This document shows positions 58,490 through 64,000 of a stretch of 64,000 nt of DNA, piece by piece. Positions within the stretch are counted from its first letter, which is position 1, and every line of letters starts with the position of its first letter. The position numbers were made by a program, and so were the translations under genes. The DNA is from Lysobacterales bacterium (GTDB lineage: Bacteria; Pseudomonadota; Gammaproteobacteria; Xanthomonadales; SZUA-36), in NCBI GenBank assembly GCA_013042915.1, contig JABDPF010000077.1:2676-66675 (forward strand), written 5' to 3'. The notes below the pieces were generated by a model. The model saw only the letters and a list, made by a program, of their open reading frames with translations. It did not search any database and was not told the DNA's origin.

Positions 58490-59191
58490 ATGTCGGAATC
58501 CCACGTCGTCCTTGCCGCCGAGTTGCCAGACTTCGAGCCCCTCTATCCGATCCTGGAACACGAAGCACCCGAGGCCCGGCAAGCACTTTTCCTCGAATTT
58601 GTCGATGAGCAATTCGACAGCGAATACGACGACGACCTGGTCATCGAGGACATCGCCATCGAGGGTGGGCGCTTGCTGGTCGAATTCCAGTGCTCCACCG
58701 GCCTCAGCGCGGAGATCACCCAGGCGCTTTTCGAGGGCCTGGCAGAGCGCGACGCCGACGGCCTGGCGGCACTCGATTATGACGGGCGCATCGGCGTGTA
58801 CGCCATTTTCGTACCCGGGTATGACGAGGCGGAGAACGTAGAGGAGTGCTTCGAAGAATTCGACGGCCTGATGCATGACCTCGAGGAGATGATGGATCGC
58901 CGCGAGCAACTGATGCACGTGCTCGAACTGATGGAAAACGAACCGGTGCGGTCCCGGCTCCGCGAATACCTGGGTGAAGAAGAGCAGGAGGCGCTGGGCC
59001 TGCCGACGGAATCTCTTACCGAGGATGACGATGACGCGGAGCCAAGCGGGGACTCTCCAGAACCACAGGTCCGCTTGAACGAAACCGCGCCGGATCACGA
59101 AGAACTGATGGCCCAGCTAAAAAAGGCCATGGCCGTCGGAGACGAGGCGCGCGTCGAAGAGTTGTTCCGGCAAATACAGAACACGCCCTGA
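58490..59191 (+). CDS. Hypothetical, strongly acidic protein
   Basis: AAGGAG lies 6 nt before the ATG. By my count it has 64 Asp/Glu versus 14 Lys/Arg in 233 aa. I recognise no family. The antisense ORF 58223-59098 is judged spurious. Confidence 0.6.
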   Translation: MSESHVVLAAELPDFEPLYPILEHEAPEARQALFLEFVDEQFDSEYDDDLVIEDIAIEGGRLLVEFQCSTGLSAEITQALFEGLAERDADGLAALDYDGRIGVYAIFVPGYDEAENVEECFEEFDGLMHDLEEMMDRREQLMHVLELMENEPVRSRLREYLGEEEQEALGLPTESLTEDDDDAEPSGDSPEPQVRLNETAPDHEELMAQLKKAMAVGDEARVEELFRQIQNTP

Positions 59192-59274
59192 ACGAACGAC
59201 CATGACCATTCGCCCATGGCCCGGCGCGAGCCCATCTTCTACAATGGTCTTCGACCCCAACTGCAGGGCCCAGC

Positions 59275-60276
59275 ATGGATCGTCAGCAAGAACAGCCACT
59301 TATCGGTGAATCCAGGGCTTTCCTGGACATCCTGGAACACGTCTCGCGCGTTTCCCAGCTGAACCGCCCGGTGTTGGTGATCGGCGAGCGCGGCACAGGC
59401 AAAGAATTGATCGCGGCGCGTATCCACTACCTCTCGCCACGCTGGGACCGGCCTTTCGTCAAGCTCAATTGCGCCGCACTGGCCGAATCCCTGCTGGAGA
59501 CCGAATTGTTCGGTCACGAGGCCGGGTCGTTCACCGGTGCCACCCGGCGCCGCCTGGGTCGCTTCGAACTGGCCAACGAGGGCAGCCTGTTTCTGGACGA
59601 ACTGGCCAGCACGTCTGATCGCGTGCAGGAAAAAGTGCTGCGCGTGATTGAATATGGCGAATTGGAGCGGGTCGGCGGCAATGAGACAATCCGCAGCGAT
59701 GTTCGTATTATCGGCGCCACCAACGAAGACCTGCCCCGCCTGGCCGAGGAAGGGCGGTTTCGCGCCGACCTGCTGGATCGGCTGGCATTTGACGTGATTA
59801 CCTTGCCCCCCTTGCGCGAACGCCGTGACGACATCATGCCGCTGGCTCAGCATTTTGCGGTGAAAATGGCCGGTGAACTCGGGCTGGAAGTGTTTGAAGG
59901 TTTTTCGGAGGAGGCACGCGATCAACTGATGGAATATGCCTGGCCCGGAAACGTCCGCGAGTTGAAAAATGTGGTGGAGCGAGCCGTCTACTCGGCCCTG
60001 GGCGAGGACCAGTTGGTGAATGACATCCTGTTCGATCCTTTCGAGTCACCGTGGCGCCCCGGCTTCGAGGCAAACACGTCCGACACCCCGGCTCCCACTG
60101 CGCCGTTAGAGGCTTATGATTTCAAGGAACACATACAGCAAACCGAGATTGACTTGCTTAAGGCCGCACTGGAACAGAATCGGTTCAACCAGAAGAAAAC
60201 CGCCGTATACCTCGGCATGACCTACCACCAGCTTCGCGGTTACTTGAGAAAATACGAACTGACCGAGGGCGAGTAG
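59275..60276 (+). CDS. Sigma-54-dependent transcriptional activator without a sensory domain (PspF-like)
   Basis: The AAA+ domain starts at residue ~8 (LIGESRAFLDILEHV...VIGERGTGKE). Has the GAFTGA-type loop GSFTGA, and a C-terminal Fis-type HTH NQKKTAVYLGMTYHQLRGYLRKY. 333 aa. Confidence 0.85.
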   Translation: MDRQQEQPLIGESRAFLDILEHVSRVSQLNRPVLVIGERGTGKELIAARIHYLSPRWDRPFVKLNCAALAESLLETELFGHEAGSFTGATRRRLGRFELANEGSLFLDELASTSDRVQEKVLRVIEYGELERVGGNETIRSDVRIIGATNEDLPRLAEEGRFRADLLDRLAFDVITLPPLRERRDDIMPLAQHFAVKMAGELGLEVFEGFSEEARDQLMEYAWPGNVRELKNVVERAVYSALGEDQLVNDILFDPFESPWRPGFEANTSDTPAPTAPLEAYDFKEHIQQTEIDLLKAALEQNRFNQKKTAVYLGMTYHQLRGYLRKYELTEGE

Positions 60277-60282
60277 AAAGCC

Positions 60283-61671
60283 TCAGGCACTGCCATGCGG
60301 CGGGTCGTAGCGAAACTCCGGCGCGAAATTGACGAATCGCAACCACTGCCCCTGGAACAGGAGTTCGACCTTGCCGGTCGGGCCGTTTCGATGCTTGCCG
60401 ATGATGATCTCCGCCTTGCCTTTGTTGTCTTCTTTTTCCTTGTGATAAACCTCGTCACGGTAGATGAAGACGATCAGGTCGGCGTCCTGCTCGATCGATC
60501 CCGATTCGCGCAGGTCGGCCATGACCGGGCGCTTGTCCGGTCGCTGTTCGAGGGCACGGTTGAGCTGCGAGATCGCGATGACCGGAACGCGCAGTTCCTT
60601 GGCTATGGCTTTGAGCGACCTTGAAATTTCCGCAATCTCGGTCGCCCGGTTTTCGCTGGAACCCGGAACCGCCATCAGTTGCAGATAGTCGACCACGATC
60701 AGGCCAATATCGTGCTCACGCTTGAGCCGGCGGCAACGCGCGCGCAGCTCGGCCGGCGACAATGACGCGGCCTCGTCGATGAAGATTTTGCTCTTGTGCA
60801 GCAAGGTCATAGCCGAGGTGAGTTTCGGCCAGTCCAATTCGTCCAGGTTGCCGGTGCGAAGACGCGTCTGATCAATCTGACCCAAGGAAGAAAACAGGCG
60901 CATCACCAGCTGGACCGCTGACATCTCCATGCTGAAGACGGCCACGGCCTTTTCGCTTTTGATGGCTGCGTTCTCGGCAATGTTCATTGCGAACGTGGTC
61001 TTGCCCATGGCCGGGCGCCCCGCCACGATGATCAAATCCGAATCCTGTAAGCCAGCGGTCAATTTGTCGAAATCGTTGTAACCGGTTGGAATACCGGTGA
61101 TCTCACCCTCGTGCTCGTGCAGTTCCTGGATGCGCTCGATGGCCTCGTTGATCGCCGATTGCACGGAAATGAAGTTGGACCCGCTTCTCTGGCCCTGCTC
61201 GGCGATGGCGAACACCAGCTGCTCGGCTTCTTCGAGCAATTGCCGGCTGGACTTGCCTTCCAGCGAAAAAGCGCCTGTGGTGATGTCGGACCCCACATCG
61301 ATCAACTGCCGCAGGATCGACTTCTCACGGACGATCTCCGCATAGGCGCGCACATTTGCAGCACTGGGAGTAGTCGAGGCGAGCTGGCTGATGTAGCCTC
61401 CCCCGTCTACCTGGTCGACCAGTCCGTGGGATTCGAACCACTCGGTAACGGTGACGGCATCGCAGGGTTTACCGCCATCGCTCAGCTGAGCGATGGCGCG
61501 AAAGATCAGGCGGTGGTCTTCACGGTAGAAGTCCGGCTCGGTAATCAAGTCGGCCACCGCATCCCAGGCGCGGTGCGACAGTAACAAGCCCCCCAGTACC
61601 GCCTGTTCAGCCTCGAGCGAATGAGGAGGAACTTTCAGATTTTCGACGGTAGCGGGTTTGGAGGCCGGCAT
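60283..61671 (-). CDS. dnaB: Replicative DNA helicase DnaB
   Basis: PPHSLEAEQAVLGGLL...GRPAMGKTTFA. Confidence 0.95.
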   Translation of the reverse strand: MPASKPATVENLKVPPHSLEAEQAVLGGLLLSHRAWDAVADLITEPDFYREDHRLIFRAIAQLSDGGKPCDAVTVTEWFESHGLVDQVDGGGYISQLASTTPSAANVRAYAEIVREKSILRQLIDVGSDITTGAFSLEGKSSRQLLEEAEQLVFAIAEQGQRSGSNFISVQSAINEAIERIQELHEHEGEITGIPTGYNDFDKLTAGLQDSDLIIVAGRPAMGKTTFAMNIAENAAIKSEKAVAVFSMEMSAVQLVMRLFSSLGQIDQTRLRTGNLDELDWPKLTSAMTLLHKSKIFIDEAASLSPAELRARCRRLKREHDIGLIVVDYLQLMAVPGSSENRATEIAEISRSLKAIAKELRVPVIAISQLNRALEQRPDKRPVMADLRESGSIEQDADLIVFIYRDEVYHKEKEDNKGKAEIIIGKHRNGPTGKVELLFQGQWLRFVNFAPEFRYDPPHGSA

Positions 61672-61680
61672 TCCCTTATA

Positions 61681-62127
61681 TTATTCCGCTTCTACGGTGA
61701 CCTTGATGGTGGTCTCGACGTCAGCGTGCAGCTGCACCACGACATCGTGCTCACCCGTGAAACGGATCGGGCCCTCACCCATGATGACCTCGCTCTTCTC
61801 CAGTTCTGGGCCTTCGTTACTGACCGCAATCGCGATCTCACGAGGACCGATCGAACCGTAAAGCTTGCCCTCTTCCCCGGCGTTGGCGACCAACTTGATT
61901 TCGAAACCTTCCAGCGCCTTGAGTCGGTCTTCGGCGGAAGACAACTTCTTCATTGCCGCCTTCTCGAGCTCGGCGCGTCGCGCCTCGAAATCGGCCATGT
62001 TGGCCTTGGTGGCGCGTACCGCCATGCCCTGCGGCACGAGGTAATTGCGGCCGTAACCTGGCTTCACGGTAACCTTGTCACCGAGGTCGCCCAGGTTCTG
62101 TACTTTTTCAAGCAGTATCAGTTCCAT
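61681..62127 (-). CDS. rplI: 50S ribosomal protein L9
   Basis: [34 protein letters not shown]. Confidence 0.95.
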   Translation of the reverse strand: MELILLEKVQNLGDLGDKVTVKPGYGRNYLVPQGMAVRATKANMADFEARRAELEKAAMKKLSSAEDRLKALEGFEIKLVANAGEEGKLYGSIGPREIAIAVSNEGPELEKSEVIMGEGPIRFTGEHDVVVQLHADVETTIKVTVEAE

Positions 62128-62147
62128 GTTCTTGTTTCCTCAGCGGT

Positions 62148-62372
62148 TCAGTGATTGTCGGTGTACGGCAGCAGGGCCAGGAATCGGGCCTGCTTGACCG
62201 CTTTCGCCAACTGGCGCTGGTATCGCGCCTTGGTGCCGGTGATTCGGCTGGGTACGATCTTTCCGGAATCGCCCACGTATTGCTTGAGGGTATTGATGTC
62301 CTTGTAATCGATCTCGGTTATGCCTTCCGCCGTGAAGCGGCAGAATTTTCTGCGTCGAAAATGACGTGCCAT
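62148..62372 (-). CDS. rpsR: 30S ribosomal protein S18
   Basis: [25 protein letters not shown]...SRITGT. Confidence 0.95.
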   Translation of the reverse strand: MARHFRRRKFCRFTAEGITEIDYKDINTLKQYVGDSGKIVPSRITGTKARYQRQLAKAVKQARFLALLPYTDNH

Positions 62373-62392
62373 GGGTTATCTCCTGTTCCTGA

Positions 62393-62974
62393 TCAGGCGT
62401 CGGCGCTTTTCGCAGCGTCGGCGTCTTCGTTTGACTCGGGGGCAGCGGGTTCGGCCTTCTTTGCCTCGTCGCCCGAAGCATCGTCAGCGGCAGCCTCGGC
62501 CTTTTCTTCCGCAGGGGCAGCCTCGGCCTTTTCTTCCGCAGGAGCTTCCTCGGCCTTTTCTTCCGCAGGGGCTTCCTCGCTACCGGCCTTTTCGGCTTTT
62601 TCCGGCTTGGCAGCCTTGCGATCGTCGTAGCTGCGGCTGGAGCGATCTTTCTCCTCCTTGGCCTTCATCATCAAAGACTGCTCGGTGATGGCTTCCTGAC
62701 GACTGATGGTCAGGTGGCGCAGCACGGCGTCGTTGAAGCGGAAAATGCCCTCGAGCTCTGCCAGGGTATCGGCGTCGCACTCGATGTTCAGCAGAACATA
62801 ATGGGCCTTGTGCAGCTTGGCGATGGGGAAAGCCAACTGGCGGCGCCCCCAGTCTTCCACGCGATGGATCGAACCGCTGTTGTCCTCGATGAGGCTGCGG
62901 TAGCGTTCCAGCATGGCAGGAACTTGCTCGCTCTGGTCCGGATGAACCAGAAAACATATTTCGTAGTGTCGCAT
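62393..62974 (-). CDS. rpsF: 30S ribosomal protein S6 with extended Ala/Glu/Lys-rich C-terminal tail
   Basis: From the ATG at 62974, with AAGGAG upstream: [18 protein letters not shown]. This gives 193 aa versus ~130-135 for the typical S6 I remember. Confidence 0.9.
   Translation of the reverse strand: MRHYEICFLVHPDQSEQVPAMLERYRSLIEDNSGSIHRVEDWGRRQLAFPIAKLHKAHYVLLNIECDADTLAELEGIFRFNDAVLRHLTISRQEAITEQSLMMKAKEEKDRSSRSYDDRKAAKPEKAEKAGSEEAPAEEKAEEAPAEEKAEAAPAEEKAEAAADDASGDEAKKAEPAAPESNEDADAAKSADA
62494..62574. repeat. Three tandem 27-nt repeats inside the rpsF tail
   Basis: CCTCGGCCTTTTCTTCCGCAGGRGCWK repeated three times (62494-62520, 62521-62547, 62548-62574), encoding E-(E/A)-APAEEKA units. 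A partial fourth unit follows. Confidence 0.85.
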
Positions 62975-63086
62975 TGTGACTCCTTGTGGATTTGTCGGCG
63001 CGCAAACCCGCGCCAATCAAAGCTTCCTTCCATGTGAAGTGAAGCAAGGAAACCGTTGCCCGATTACTCGTCAACGGAGCCGACGG

Positions 63087-63115
63087 ATTATATCAGCAAA
63101 TCAAGCGACGGTGAA
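63087..63115 (-). promoter_or_regulatory. Candidate sigma-70 promoter of the rpsF operon
   Basis: The minus strand reads TTCACC-N17-TATAAT, with a perfect -10 at 63087-63092. The -35 overlaps the 3-prime end of the upstream IscA-family gene. Confidence 0.3.
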
Positions 63116-63424
63116 ACTTTCCCCGCAACCACATTCTTCGGACACGTTGGGGTTGATGAAGTGGAAGTTGGAGCCCAGACCTTCCGAGCGGAAGTCCACG
63201 ACAGAGCCATCGAGAAACTCGAGGCTTTCGTGATCGACCACGACTTTGATGCCGTCCTGTTCGAACACAACGTCTTCGGGTTGGATGTGGTTGGCCAGGT
63301 CCACGGTGTATGCCCAGCCGGAGCAGCCGGTTTTCTTCACGCCCAGGCGCAATCCGAGACCGCCGTCCTTTTTCATGAAGCCGCGGACCCGTTCCGCCGC
63401 GGTGGGTGTTAACTCGATTGCCAT
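63101..63424 (-). CDS. HesB/IscA-family iron-sulfur cluster insertion protein (ErpA/IscA-like)
   Basis: 107 aa with the three conserved Cys: GCSG and C-terminal CGCGESF. Confidence 0.85.
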   Translation of the reverse strand: MAIELTPTAAERVRGFMKKDGGLGLRLGVKKTGCSGWAYTVDLANHIQPEDVVFEQDGIKVVVDHESLEFLDGSVVDFRSEGLGSNFHFINPNVSEECGCGESFTVA

Positions 63425-63531
63425 ATCTCCAGCCTGTAAGTCAGTTTTGATTCTGTTGCCGCCCGGGGTTTCTGTTCCGCGCCTTGTGCATTATTATTTG
63501 GGGTTTGCTTATCCCGGATCAACTCTTGACC

Positions 63532-64000
63532 ATGTCTATTACACGAATCAAAGACGCCCTCGCCGGAAAACCCACGATCGGCGCCGAAATCACCATCCAG
63601 GGCTGGGTGCGCACCCGTCGAGACTCCAAGGCCGGTTTCTCCTTTATTAATGTGCATGACGGATCGTGCTTCGATGCGCTCCAGGTTGTGGCGCCCGCTG
63701 ATCTGGAAAATTACGAGACAGAGGTCAAAAAACTCACCAGCGGCTGTGCCGTGAACTGCACCGGAACGCTGGTCGAATCCGGCGGCCGTGGCCAGAATTT
63801 CGAAATACAGGCCGACAAGATCGACATCGTTGGATGGGTGGAGGATCCGGATACCTATCCCATTCAGCCCAAGGCACACAGTTTTGAATTTCTGCGGGAG
63901 GTGGCTCATCTCAGGCCGCGGACCAACACATTTGGCGCCATTACCCGGGTTCGGCACGTGGCGGCCCAAGCCATCCACCGCTTTTTTCATGAACGAGGCT
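63532..64000 (+). CDS. asnS: Asparagine--tRNA ligase, N-terminal part (runs off the right edge)
   Basis: Own translation from the ATG at 63532: [53 protein letters not shown]...[25 protein letters not shown]. This closely parallels E. coli AsnS. Confidence 0.9.
   Translation, partial: MSITRIKDALAGKPTIGAEITIQGWVRTRRDSKAGFSFINVHDGSCFDALQVVAPADLENYETEVKKLTSGCAVNCTGTLVESGGRGQNFEIQADKIDIVGWVEDPDTYPIQPKAHSFEFLREVAHLRPRTNTFGAITRVRHVAAQAIHRFFHERG

Overview
High-GC (~60%) gammaproteobacterial chromosome segment, densely coding and mostly core genome. Conserved housekeeping blocks are pncC-thpR-recA-recX-alaS-csrA-tRNA-Ser, mutS, htpG-hslR, ffh / rpsP-rimM-trmD-rplS, radA, and dnaB-rplI-rpsR-rpsF. The left half is more accessory. 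It holds a TonB receptor / GntR / polysaccharide-lyase module, an exported redox cluster (IorAB-like, DUF1501/DUF1800, cytochrome c-PQQ dehydrogenase), and a glutamine synthetase coupled to a dCMP deaminase. It also holds a lipid/wax-ester gene string, two tandem S9 peptidases and a DmsABC-type molybdoenzyme operon. I found no CRISPR array, transposase, integrase, phage gene or recognisable defence island, and no unambiguous novel multi-gene system. The observations most worth follow-up are: (1) a 1.3 kb non-coding or degenerate gap next to tRNA-Ser, containing a strand-asymmetric GGA-rich hairpin array just downstream of csrA (candidate Csr/Rsm sponge RNA, speculative); (2) a DmsA homologue with no twin-arginine leader; (3) a CarD/CdnL-like gene that seems to start at AUU; (4) an orphan PspF-like sigma-54 activator preceded by a very acidic unknown protein; (5) families of palindromic intergenic repeats; (6) ribosomal protein S6 with a repeat-containing C-terminal extension. 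Many long ORFs in the supplied track are antisense shadow ORFs typical of high-GC DNA and were rejected. The track translates GTG/TTG starts as M, so several starts were moved to better-supported internal codons.
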